Source: Plasmodiophora brassicae (Eukaryota). Taken from it: a stretch of 64,000 bases of DNA. The stretch covers positions 558,001 to 622,000 of the forward strand of contig CP145416.1 of NCBI GenBank assembly GCA_036867785.1. The letters run 5' to 3'. The notes under the pieces are model-generated. The model saw nothing but the letters and a program-made list of their open reading frames with translations. It was not told the DNA's origin and made no database searches. Positions 48,735-61,259 of this stretch are shown here, piece after piece; position 1 is the stretch's first letter; the number at the start of each line of letters is the position of its first letter. The position numbers were made by a program, and so were the translations under genes.

Positions 48735-51700
48735 TTATATTTCCTCGCCATGGTCTTCCTCCATATCGTTTTCGTCATCGATAACCCTTTTCGAACGCTT
48801 CGATGATGGTCGACGCGAAACCTGGTCGGCCTCGTCATCTTCGTGATCGGCACCGATATCTGGCTTACTGCCGCCATCTTTTACGGCCAAATGATCGGAC
48901 GCTGCTTCGCGGGCGTCTTGCATGGCAGCATCCTCGGCGAGATCGCCCGTCTGAAAATAGATATATCAACAAACAATTCTGTCGGACGAGATCGAGGGTG
49001 GCTTGCCGTTTCAACTGCAACCTTGCGCTTCTTCTTGCCTCTCTGTTTCCGCGTCTTCGTCTCATGATCCCCTTCCTCGGATTCTTCGCCATCGTCCGAC
49101 TGAAGGTTCGACTACGTTGGAATTGCATCGAGATATGCGAATCAGGTGGACCACGTTACCTCGCGCTTCCGGCTGCGCTGCTGCATGGCTTCCTGGATTC
49201 GGGCGAGCTTATCGCGATCTGCTTGCAATGCCTCCTCTATCTGAGGTGTATGACAAATCAAATCCTGCTCCATCAACGTCCAGACAAACGCACCTTCTTG
49301 CGCTCATCCTCTGCTCGTCGCTGCTCCAGTTCCATACGGCCTTCTTCATCAGCCCGCCGGGCCGCTTGCGATATCTCAGCAGCGCGACGTTCTTCCCGGG
49401 CTTTGGCTTCACTCTTTTCAGCGTACCTTGAACATGTATAAGAGAGAACGACGGACAGGGATGGGCAAGTGACCTACTCTAAGTGTCGTTTAGCAGTAGT
49501 ACATGACGACTGACAGAACAGGAAATGGCTAGACGACTTTTGACGGATAAGGTCTGAAAGACTAGGTAGTTAGATGGGGATGACATGAGCAGACAATGAA
49601 ATGTAACCATCTGCATTTCCACTGGTCGACAGGCTGCCGAAGATGCGCGCTGCATGCTCGATTTCGCCGACAGCCCGCCGTACATCATGCACGTTTCTCT
49701 GTGGTTTGGGCCTCTGCAGGACGCCAATTGCAAAGTCCTCGCACGATAAGGCCAAATTGTACCACGACATCATTGATGAGGGATTGCATCGAATGGCGCG
49801 TTGCAAACACCTCTTCGCCTCCAGCATGTCTCCTGTAGAGTTGGGTATCCTCAATCAACAGGCTAGTGTGGGCAATGCCTGCCTTACCTTTTAGGTAATA
49901 CGCCCTCGCCAAATACGTCATAATGTCGTTATCGGGAGTTTGCGGGTAGTGCTTTTTCAGACAGGTTTCGTACAATTTGGTGGCAACGTCGAAAGCACCT
50001 TCCGTCACTGAGAGATGTGCCAAGTTCACCCAGGCAGAAGAAATGAACACGGCAGCTTCACGAACGTCATTAAGAATAAGACGTGCTTTTTCGTTGTTAT
50101 CTCTGCTGGCAAGGTATACTGCGAGCCCATTAGAGGCGTACACGTTCTTGGGATCGCGAGACAAAGCCGAATAGTATAGCTTGCCGGCTTTGCGCAGAAG
50201 CGATTGAAACTGCTGGGGGATCTTCTTTAACTGTCCCGCCCGCATCAAGAACACACTCGCAAGCGAAATGCGACCATATGCGTCGTTCTTTGCAATGGTC
50301 AGAACCTGGACAGACTGGTGAGCCGCATGAAGATGAGCAGGACATACAAATACCTTAGTAAACTGGCGTTCCGCATCATGTAATTTGCCACTCGACGCGT
50401 ACAAACGGCCAAGTTCGATCAGCGCATCGATTTGCTCAGGGTTGCTCTCGAGCACAGCTGTCAGTTGCCGGATCGCTTCGTCGGTGTCAGCTCGTTTCAA
50501 AGCGTTCCTAGCCAATCGAATTCGGCACTCATGATAAGCGGGCACAGTGTCCAATATCTTGCTGTAGATGTCAGCAGCTTCTTTAAGTTGCCCACGCTTT
50601 TCATGCAGTAGAGCTTCATTGAACGCGATAGTCGGTACAGGAAGTGCAGAATTGGCATACACGGATGACGCGGCAGCAGAACTCTTTGATAGCCATGTGG
50701 CCGCCTTTCACATGGTTTAAGTTTGCAAAGGAGGTTCGCATCCGAACGACAATTCTACCTCGTCGTACAATCCCAGGTCCAGGCACAGAACTCCAATGTT
50801 GTTCAGAAGCTGAAACGAGACAGAAGAAGATCGCTTCTCAAACTGTGTTGCTGCTCTCGAAAGAAGATCCTTCGCTGCTGCACGATCTGGATCGGGACCA
50901 TGAAGCAGCACTTGCGCAAGTTCAACAAGAACGCAGGTGTTCCGAGGCATGAGTTCATTGGCCCTGTATAACGTCAGCATCTTCGTAGCAACGCGCATCA
51001 ACAGCGGCGTTTGTTTCCGTCCCACCGTTTCAAAAGAGTAGTCGCCTTTCCTGCTTCACCAAGGCGTGCATATACGATACCCAGAAGCCGCACACAGTCG
51101 AAATCGTCGGGATGCTTTTCCCGAATTGTTTCAAGAGCTTTACTTGCGCTTGAAAAATCCCCATCCCGAATGTGCATTTGCGAGAGGCCCATTAATGCGA
51201 ACATGTTCGACGGGCTTATCTCACAGGATGCCGCGTAATGAGCACGAGCCTTCACAGTTTGTTGAGACAAGAAATGAGGATTCGACACATCATGTCTACC
51301 TTGGCAAACTCGGATTGTACGTGATAGCTTCGCGCTATCAGATAGTGGTTGTACGACTTCAACGGCTCTGATGTCGTGTTCCGAAGTGAACGATTCGCAA
51401 GCGAAACGACGTTGGCATGGTCGCCTTGATAAAACAAATGGTCGGCAATCATGCTAAGAGCAAGAGCGCAATTCGAATCTATGCTGTACGCTCGCTCCAA
51501 GTATTGAATGCTTGTGTGCAAGGAATCAGTCGAGCTGTGCAGAGCGTTACGATGGGAGCGCGCGAATCAAGCCTCTGATATGACGCACCTATTCGCTTCG
51601 AGCACGGCAAGCCCAACAAGAGCATCGACATTGTACGCATCCAGGTGCAGTACGCGCTGAAATGCCAATCGTGACAGACGATAGTCGCCCATGAAGAAAG

Positions 51701-52543
51701 CACATATAGCGATGCCAAGCCGCACGTAAGAGGGACATTCCGGGTTGGCCTTCAAAGCCATGCAGTAACTAGCCAGGCCTGCCTTGTAGTCCTTCTTGTA
51801 GAAATTGACACATCCCTTTCCGAGTAGAGCAGCGATACTACCTGTGAACACCGGTAAACATACGGTACCGCTGCTAAGGATAGAGCGGCGCATACTCGGG
51901 AACCGATTGACAGGGAACTTTTCGATGATCGAGTTGAACAGCAATTCTGCTTTGTGCAGATCCCCCGTAGCGAGGTACATGAGACTTTTTCCAAGCCATT
52001 GCTTAGATTCATGGATATCGATCGCATCCGCTTTCTTGAAACATTGAGTCGCCAGCTCGATGCACTGCAGACTTCGGTGAGTGGTCGTGGACACAGCGAT
52101 CCGCTACAGCCGACCTTATCATGCTTGTACTTGTCAATTTGCTTCAACGCGGAGCGCGTGTGGTATACACCAAGTGCACTAAGAATGCCAATCCGCTCCG
52201 ATTTGAACGCCTTATAGTGCTGTTCAATTTCTGCACGTGTGATGAGCTGCTTGCCTTCACATTTCGTCATCCGGCAACGCTACCGTCTCGAGTGCCCTCC
52301 TCCAGCAGCGTAACGAACTGCGTCTCCATGCCGCGTTTGTAGTATTCCACCTGGTCGAAGGCAGCTTAGACCGACCAGCACGACGCAGACGACCACGCGT
52401 CCTACAGCTAATTGCAACCACAGCCCGAGAGGAGCGGCTTCGGCACGCAGCACATCGACGACGGCGATGACGTCGTCGGGCAGCTGGTCGAGCGGCAGGC
52501 GAACGCCATCGCCCGTCCCGTAGATGGGCACGAACAACGACAT
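48735..52543 (-). CDS. CTR9: RNA polymerase II-associated PAF1 complex TPR subunit CTR9, multi-exon
   Basis: MSLFVPIYG..LDQLPDD..LRAEAAPLGLWLQLA, many TPRs, DPKNVYASNGLAV, WVNLAHL, YLARAYY and a charged C-terminus. Confidence 0.92.
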
Positions 52544-52818
52544 GCTACGCACAGACCCGACTCCGCAGCCACTGTGGCACGCTGGCAGCGTCTGCGACGG
52601 CTCAGATTCTGCGGTGCGCGTTCTTGACCAGCCACGCGACAGTCACTGCAGCCATTAGTGCCTTTTGTTATCAGCCGAAGAACCATCATTCCGAAAACGT
52701 CTTTCCAACGAGATCGCATTCGCTGTAGACCCAGTATTGCCAACAATCGATGCTGTCGATCAGCGGAACGACGCAATTTGGCGGACACTGTGTGGTATTC
52801 GCGAAACAAGTGGCGGAC

Positions 52819-53988
52819 ATGTTGAGATGGTCATCTAGGGGACAGGTTGGTCAGGACGCCATGTCGTCGTACGCGTCTGGACTGACGTTGTCAGCACGGC
52901 ATCTGCTTTTGCAATAACCCTGCGCGCGGGCGCCAGACTGTACGTAGCCGGTCGGATTGTCACGTCGCGCCCGAGTTCAACGACGTCGTCAGGTGCGATG
53001 CGTGGTCTGCCAGATGCAATTCCATACAGAATGTATTCACTTGTGCGTACCACTCGTTTGGTGTGCCGCGAATCTCACTGACTCGTGCCGAAGGGAATCG
53101 CCAACAGTAGCTCCGACTGGGTGGTCCTGCAGCCTTTGCCGTCCCGACAACACTGGAAGCACCATCTCAATCCAAGACGATGGACGTGTTCGAGTTCGCA
53201 TCCCCAGAAATCTAATTGAAGGACGTCATCAGCCAGGGTCGTCGCCCGATCGTGATGCTGGCCTGGGGCCTCATCGTGTCTGTATCAAGTCAACAACGAC
53301 GCTCAACGAGCCGGGTATTGATCCTGCTGGTGATCCCGATGTCAGTCGCACGAACGCACGCGTCGACAGGTGCATCTCGGCGCATGCCGGTGTGGGGAGC
53401 ATCGACGGGTCTGCGTCGTGTACTCGCGGCACACTCCCTGCCCGACTGCGAATTGCCGACTCGTCGCCTGGCAGCGCTTGGCAGGATGGCGGGCACGGCG
53501 ACGTCCTGTTAACCTGCCCGGACGGGTGCCAGCCGTTCCTGGCGTTCCGCGTCAACTGTCATCATATCCTGGAGCTGGCGCTGACACCAAGCCGGAAACC
53601 AGTTGTGCGATACCAGTTCCCGAATCTAGTCAGCGTGATGAGGTCGGACAGAGCCTTGCCTGGTCTAACCTGCCGTCGACAGATCATCGCCATGCCACCG
53701 GCGGAACCTGACCACCTGACCTGGACGAAGTACGCGTTCTCGTTCGACGTGGACTCGTCATCCGACGCCCCGCTGGCGCGCCTCACGCACGTGCTTCGTC
53801 GCGTCTGGGACTGCCAGGACCGCATCGTCGACGTATCGACTCTGCCTTCATTGCACGACGCCCAGGTCGCCGACGACCGCACCCTGCTCCAATCGTACAT
53901 CGTCGCCCTGCGTGACAAACCTGAATTCAAGCAGTACTGCCACCTCGTTCGCCGTCTTCTGCGCGGCCAGGAATCGTGTGCGCAGTAA
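52819..53988 (+). CDS. PHD-finger protein, multi-exon
   Basis: Spliced ICFCNNP..VRCVVCQMQFHTECIHL..GWSCSLC gives a C4HC3 PHD pattern. Start is tentative. Confidence 0.65.
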
Positions 53989-54219
53989 AGGCAACGTTCC
54001 CTTGCCGACGACGAATTCGTCGGGCGCTGCCGCCTCGAAGGGCTCAATTTAGGGCGCATGGCGTAACCACACGTGGCCGTGCGGCGGCGTGTCCACTTCC
54101 GGTCGTAGGGGCTGGGGCACATCGCCACGTCGCTGCTAGAGGACAGCCAAGTGCCCTGCGACGACGCAGGGCATCGCTCATTGTCCATTGCCGACCATGA
54201 TCGACGGCAGGCGACAGGC

Positions 54220-55706
54220 ATGGCGCATCGCATGGCGATCCTATGGTTCTATTGGAACCTCGGGTTCAACTTCAACGTCGTCATCCTACCGACCAAGATC
54301 ATACTCGTCGACGATCTCGCCGTGGAGCCATCCGCCTTGGCAATGATCCTGGCCATCACTGGCTTGCCGTGGGCGGTCAGGCCCATCTGCGCTCTGGATC
54401 GGGCCGTTTCTGATCCGTGTCACAGATCAAGCCAGTGTATGGCTTCATCAGTGATCGGTTCGCGATGTTCGGGCGGCATCGTCTGCCGTATATTTTCATT
54501 GGCATGACTTCGAATGTCCTATCGCTGATGGCTGTATCGTTGTTTACGCCCACGCAAGGCCTACTGCTGATCTCGTTGCTGCTGTTTCTGTCTTCACTGA
54601 CGCTTGCGTTCGCCGGTGTCGCTGTGGACTGCGTCCTTGTAGAAACAATACAGCAGTTAGGCGAAACTCCAGGCGAAATCCTGATGTCGAACACTTGTAG
54701 GGCTGTGCATCAGTGCTTACAGAAACTGTACTTACGAGGTTGCCACTTACAGGGATCACATTCTCAGGAGGATCACTGCTAGCGTCTGGTTTCTCGTGCG
54801 TTGCGTTTGACACGCTTGGGATTCCCGCACGTTCGATGTTTCTGATCGCGGCGGCGACGTCAATGCTGACGCTGCTCGTCTCGATGTTCCTTCATGAGTC
54901 CGTTCGCTTAACGGCCATCCCTTCGCTGGCAGAGCAAATGCGTCAGCTGGTCAGAGTTTGGAAGCTTCCTGACATCTGGAAGACGACGAGCATAGTACTG
55001 TTGTTCTCCTGTAGCCCTTCATGTGGCGATGCAGTATTCGTCTTTATGAGGTCAGTTGCCGAACGTGACGACCAACGCTCTGACTGATGGTACACTTTGT
55101 AGGCATCGATTGAATTTCTCGATGGACTTCTTGGGAGTCCTCAGCACCGTTGGCGTCCTTGGCGCTTTTATTGCGGCGTTCGTCTTTCGCCGCTTCTTGT
55201 TGGACACTTCGTTCCGCAAGCTCCTGCTTGGGCTCATCCTAACCGCCTTTTGTCTGGGCACATCTACGTTGCTTCTCATCACCCGCGTCAACCACAAATT
55301 AGGGATTCCCGACAAGGCGTTCATGTTCAGCGAGACGATCGCGCAGAATGTCTGTACGAGCATCGCGCTTATGCCCATCGTCAACATCGCCGCGAAGTTC
55401 GCTCCTAAAGGCGGGGAAGGGCTACTCTATTCGTCGATAATGTGCCTGTCGAATCTCAGCGAAGTTCTCAGCCAGGCTTTAGGCGGGTGGCTTACACACG
55501 TCCTGCACGTGTCTACCACCAACTTCACGAACCTGTGGCTCCTCGTATTGCTGTGCAACCTGACAACGCTTATCCCGCTCGGCTTCCTGGCATTTGTACC
55601 TAAGCAGCTGGGCAAGCTTGTCAAACCTGAGGGAACCGACCTATTCCCACATCGCAAACTCTACGAAGAATCGGAAGGCTCCACTGAATCGACCCCCATT
55701 GTTTAA
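54220..55706 (+). CDS. Folate/biopterin transporter (BT1 family, MFS), multi-exon
   Basis: LPWA|IKPVYGFISDRFAMFGRHRLPY, AKFAPKGGEGLLYSSIM and FTNLWLLVLLC. Confidence 0.9.
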
Positions 55707-55807
55707 GTGTGCATAGCTTCACCGAACCATCCCCTATTGTTTAAGTGCAAGACAACTGTATTAAATGTTTATTCGTTGACACCGAACGCCACTGTTTGCC
55801 AGACGCT

Positions 55808-56472
55808 TCACGAGCTGTACCCGTACTCGTCGTAGTATTGGTCCTGAAACGACCTCTGCGTGTACCCAGCTGGCGCGCATCCTGGGGAGCCTGTTCCATG
55901 GTCAGGAATGCGCCGGACGTGCCCTACAGACCGCGATGCGATTTACATAGGTCCGACGGGCAGTACGGCGGGGTGTTGTGGCTGTTCCCAAACAGTTTAG
56001 AGCACGGTACACGTCACCGTCCCTGACGATTCGAACCAGTTGTCGTGGCACCACTCCGTCGTCGCGATCGGGCTGATTGTGAAACAGTCTTCGGACGAAT
56101 GCGATAGTTCGGTGACAGACTTCTGCTCGTAGCCGTGCGGGGCACATCCCTATCAAGCTGATCAGCTGGCGTACAATGGGTTGCGATCAGTGCTGTCGTG
56201 TGCCTTCGAGCAGAAATCCGACGGGCAGAAGACGCGCTCGGGGTTGTGGCTGTGTATACAGCTGAATCAGGCGATGACCAGTTCGTTATGCGGGCGTGGG
56301 TTTACCAATTGTCGATGCACCACTTCTTCGACGCTGTCGGGTCCACGGGGAAGCAGCCATCGTGCGATTCGTAGGCGTCGTCACTGTTGTCCGAGTACTC
56401 GCTGGCGAGAGCGCCCGTGCAGGCCATCGCCATGACCGCAACCAGCAGCGCTGTCATCTGGACCTTCATCAT
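55808..56472 (-). CDS. Small secreted cysteine-rich protein with two tandem WCxxNC..CPxxxC modules (about 5 exons)
   Basis: Signal peptide MMKVQMTALLVAVMAMACTGALA. Repeats CFPVDPTASKKWCIDNC|HNPERVFCPSDFCSK|GCAPHGY and CFTISPIATTEWCHDNC|HNTPPYCPSDLCKSH..GCAPAGY. Confidence 0.8.
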
Positions 56473-56753
56473 CTCACGCCGTCAAGCCGTGTGTCAGCGC
56501 GCCTCCAGCCAACCCCAAATAACGTTTGAATGGAATCCTGCTGGCGTGGTCGCGCCTGCTGTTCCCGGATTCCTCTCTTTCGGCTTCCCCACTGCTGAAT
56601 CGTTGCTCAACTGTGTAACGGTATGCCAGGCAGAATATCTGAGAACACAGCCCGCGTCAAGGTCACTGACTGGCCGGGACCACTTTAATAGAACCATGAG
56701 GAACGCTCTGCATGGAAATGCCGAACTCAGATCCAGATGTTCCGGCAGCACTG

Positions 56754-57694
56754 TCAAACTCGTTCCACCTTCGACACAGCTGTGGACATCTGGCCAAGGC
56801 GAGTCTTCACAGGGCTGGGGCTTGCAGACGTGGCATTCGAGAATCCTTTCGATTTCGTCGCTTCACGCTGGTGGGTTCGCCACCAGACTAGGGCGGCAAG
56901 CACGATAGCGACGGTCTTGTCGACGATGTAGACGCAGAAGATGGCGACCGGACTGGTGCCGAAGTACGCGCAGAGGCTCGACACGAAGACGGCCACATTC
57001 GTCACCGTGTAGGCAAGCAGCATCACCCACAACCCTCGCATGTTCTTGCGCGCGTCTTCGCTGGCGTTCGACCAGTACTTCCAGACAGTGTAGTACCCGA
57101 GGCTCAGCATGAACACAAAGATGATGTATGTGGGGAGGACGACGGCCAGAAGCGGGGCGCCGTACGTGCCGCCGCACGAAAACCCTGTGCTCGACACGTG
57201 GCTGTTCGTCAGAGCGTTTCCAATGACCAAGATCTGAACCACTAGAATCAGCCATCGGGTGTTTCGCGGTTAACGCAAGTAACGCTTACAGCAAAGCAAG
57301 CATTCTGCACATTGAAGACCCACTTGAGGATGCGATAGAATCGAACGTTGGACTGGTAGAAGATAGCAGTCCGGAAGTGGTACAGGCTGAAGTCTGCCAT
57401 CTGTCGGCCGTCAGAATACGCGGCGATAGCAGGTGGCTGAGCATCGCGTACCGAAAAGATGGTTTCGTGGAAGAAGAAGGCGCACGCGCGTGGGTCGATG
57501 ACGACAATGACCTGGAGGATGAGGGAGAGGACGGCGGCGGCGAGGTTCAGTGCCGACAGGAACTTCCCGAATTGCGGGCCACTCGTGTGCGAGTACTTCA
57601 TAATGCTGTACACAATCAGCGGGACAAGGATGACCGCGACCTGGACGTTTGCCCACACGTCGAGCCACACCGGCCCGTCGATAGCCTCACCCAT
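56754..57694 (-). CDS. Multi-pass membrane protein, possibly GPCR-like
   Basis: About 7 hydrophobic segments across exons in ORFs 57248..57799 and 56754..57242, with a Ser-rich C-terminal tail. Confidence 0.55.
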
Positions 57695-58600
57695 GCTCTC
57701 GCAAGCAACGGCACCAATGCGATGTAGCGCCAGGTACGTACGCCTGGCGATCAGCGAGCTGTCAGCCCAAGCGCACGTGATCGCGGTCACGCGACACAAT
57801 CGACCCGACCCCTGGCTAGTTCAGGTTGGTCAATCTGCATCACCATCCAGCCAGATATAGTGTCGTCAGAGCCAGGACCGTTCGCCAGACTGTACGACAG
57901 ACGATCAGCAGCGTACGGCGCGTCCCGGTGATGGGTGAGGGGCGGTTTCCCGCGCTGACTTGAAACACCAAAACGCGTCAACCGCTTTAGGGACGCGCCG
58001 TGAAACTGGTGAATGATTCCGGCATACAGCTGAGCGCCTACATATGTGGGCGCCGTTCGCCAAGCGGCATGGAAACCTGTCGACGTCGACGAAGCTGTCC
58101 CTAGAGCCATGACCCGAGACGCGGACGCGAGAAGGCTTCTCCAGGGTCACCACATGACCATCAGACAGGCTGCCCTTCAACGTCGACAAGTTCCCATGAC
58201 GATCTGCCCACGCAGCGAACCTGCATGCAGTCGTCGAGACGATCGCCGACACCCTTCAGCAACTTCGCGAAACCATGCGAGTTCTACCGAAGTTGTGGAA
58301 CGATGCCGGCGTTCGCGCGAGCAACGACGTTCCAGACAGACAACGCGCGTTACAAGGCAGCGACGTAGGTCGCACCAGGCCCGAAACGGCCTTGTGCTGA
58401 AAGGAAAGCATGCCATGGTCACGAACAGTCTGACGACGTGTCCGCGTCCGGGCGGACGGACTCACACGGCAGAGCGGCTGCAGCCCGCAGACACAGCGCC
58501 CGTCGCCCGTCGCCCGTCGGTCGGGGGCGCCCCTTTTGGCCGCTGCCTCTGCGGGATGGCCCCGGTGGGCGATAAAGTGATTCGGCGCACCTATCCGACC

Positions 58601-60520
58601 ATGACGATGGCATTGCTGGCCGCGCTGGCGCTATCGTCGCTGGCGAGCGCGTCGATGACGGGCCCACTTGGGGTGAATCCGCGCGCGCGTTCATTCTATT
58701 CGTACCTGCGGCAGGTGCACCCGCACCGGTATTCGTCGTCCGAGCCGGTTGGGGTCCGCACGTGCGACGGACACGGGTTCTGGTCGTTTGATGCCTTCGT
58801 AGGGTGACGTGGATGCGAATCTGCCCGAAGAACGGTGGTTCCCCGACCAGCAGGTTGACCATTTTAACGGAGAGAATACGCAGACGTTTGCGCAACGATA
58901 CTTCGTGAATGATACATTCTGGGACCGCCAGAAGGGACCCGTGTTTCTGTACATTGGCGGCGAGGGAGCCCTCTCTCCACGGGATGCATAGTACGATGAG
59001 GTTGAAGTGGTCTAACCGCGTTCTGATCGGGCCGTGCGCTAGTGCTGGCCATCACATGGAGTTGGCGGAAAAGTTTCACGCTCTGGTCATCGCGATCGAG
59101 CATCGATTCTATGGGAAAACGTTCCCGTCCAGCGACCTGTCGACCAAGAACCTGCGTCATCTCTCCAGTGCTCAAGCCCTGGCAGACATTGCTACCTTCA
59201 TAGCGCATGCCCGGGCCAAGTTCGGGTTTGGGAACGCACCTGTAAGCATGTCAACGCTCGAACGGCCCCGTGGCAGTACCTGAACGTCGTTTCCTATATC
59301 AGCTGATCTCGTTTGGAGGAAGCTATTCGGGAGCGCTGTCCGCGTGGTTCAGGTACGTCAAGGCGTCTGGCCTCATGGACAGTTTCCTGTAACGCCCATC
59401 ATGCAGAATCAAGTACCCGCATTTGGTCTTTGCAGCCGTCGCGTCATCGGCGCCCGTTCATGCGTTGACCGACTTTTATCAGTACAATGATGTCGTTGGA
59501 CGGAGCCTGGCGGCGGCAGTGGTCAGACCAGAATGGCCAACTGTAATGGTTTTATTCCTGGTGGTCTGACGTTCGGTCAGGTTGGTGGGTCGGAACACTG
59601 CAAAGAACGTGTAAAGTCCGGTTTTGTCCATCTTGATGATATGTTGGACAAGGGGCTATACGAGGAGGCCTCTGCCGCATTCCGATCATGCTCGCCTGTG
59701 ACTACGTCTGACGATGCTGTTCAACTAGTCTCCGACCTGGCAGGGATCTTCGAGGGCACCGTCCAGTACAACAACCAGATGTCCCTGAACGTCGAACGCA
59801 TCTGTTCCATTATGACGGATCCTGAAACGTCACCGTTTGAGGCGCTCCAGAAGCTCAACGACCATGTCCTGGATTCAACAGAGACCGAATGCGCGGATTA
59901 CTCTGCCGAGTCCATGATTCACCAACTGGCGAATGCGACAATCATTGATGACGGTAAGATCCGACAGAATCCCTCCAGGAGATGGGTCCTTTAAGCGTTG
60001 CCATAGGTCCTGTTGGCATGCGGCAATGGCTGTATCAGACGTGCACCCAGTTCGGGTACTACCAAACCTGTGAAGGACGAAACTGTATCTTCTCGAAGCG
60101 GATGACGCTGCGCTCGAATACGGATCTCTGCTCAGCCTTGTTTGGCGTCGATCTTGACAACCTGGACGCACGCATCGACTTCTCGAACGACGACTACGGG
60201 TATCATTCTGATTCTCCGACTCACCACTTCCCAGTCCCACACCTGATTCTGGATTGCGCAGGGCTGACCGTCCTGCGGGGTCACGAATTCTGTTCGTCAA
60301 CGGCGTAATTGACCCCTGGCATGCGCTGTCCGTCCTGAAAGACGCGACATCGGGAGTCGACGAGAGCGCGTTTGTCATGAGGAGCACGTCCCACTGCCAG
60401 AACATGCACGGCTCGAACCCGGACGACAGCGAAGAATTGCGCCAGGGTCGTATGTTTATCGAGCGAAAGGTTGCATCATGGCTGTACGACGCCCAGCGTC
60501 CGCTCGTTTCCTCTAGCTGA
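58601..60520 (+). CDS. Secreted serine carboxypeptidase, family S28, multi-exon
   Basis: Signal peptide, QQVDHFN, GPVFLYIGGEG, IEHRFYGK, QALADIA, FGGSYSG, KYPHLV..ASSAPV, QWLYQTCTQFGYYQT, DPWH and SHC. Confidence 0.93.
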
Positions 60521-60600
60521 CACGATGTCTACACTTTTACTGTGTTATGGTTTACGTCGAAACTCAGTGGAGGGGCGCCAAGTTTGGCCTTGGCGCGGGT

Positions 60601-61223
60601 ATGTTCGCAGTCGTCCAAAGACGGATGTGGCGACGCCGGCTGCTGTCGGTGGCGGCATCGTCGCCGACGCATGGCGAGCAGTTATATACGGGGCGCCTAT
60701 CCGACGCTGTACGTAAGCTGAAGCTCCTGTCCGTTTCGTCGTGTGCAGTGACGGTTGTGACGTCACCGTTGTTCCTGTTGCTGGAGTCGGCGGCGTCTCC
60801 TGGCATTCGTGCCGCGATGTCCGCCATGTGTGAGTCGTTCGCGATTGGGCTTGGACAAGCACAACTGCTGTCTGAGATTTGCGGTTACTAGTTCTCGCGT
60901 TCTCGTTCGGGACGACAACGGCCTTGCATACCGTTTCGAAGCGTTACGTGACGGCCATATATCAGTCCGGTGACAGCGGGACCATCGATGTGCAGACTCT
61001 GTCGCTGTTGGGTCGCCCCAAGACGGCCAAGTTTGACGTTGCAGCGATACGGCGCACTGAAACGGTCCCGTTCGCTACGTTCGTTGACACGAAGACGAAT
61101 CGAGCATTGTATATCCACAAGGAGGATGTACAGGCGCTGATCGACAGCGGCAAGCTTCCTGCAGGATTCGGGGTTGGAGGGCCGCAACTTGCACCATCAT
61201 CTACATCAAGTGCATCGATGTGA
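60601..61223 (+). CDS. TMEM70/TMEM186-like mitochondrial membrane protein
   Basis: Arg-rich presequence, LYTGRLSDAVRKLKLLSVSS, TTALHTVSKRYVT and PFATF. Confidence 0.75.
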
Positions 61224-61259
61224 AAGGCTGACTCAAGAGATAAATGCCGCTGACAAATA

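Noticed and set aside
48670-48735. Harbinger insertion disrupting the CTR9 coding sequence
   Set aside because: The CTR9 reading frame ends at 48735, before the element's TIR at 48670.
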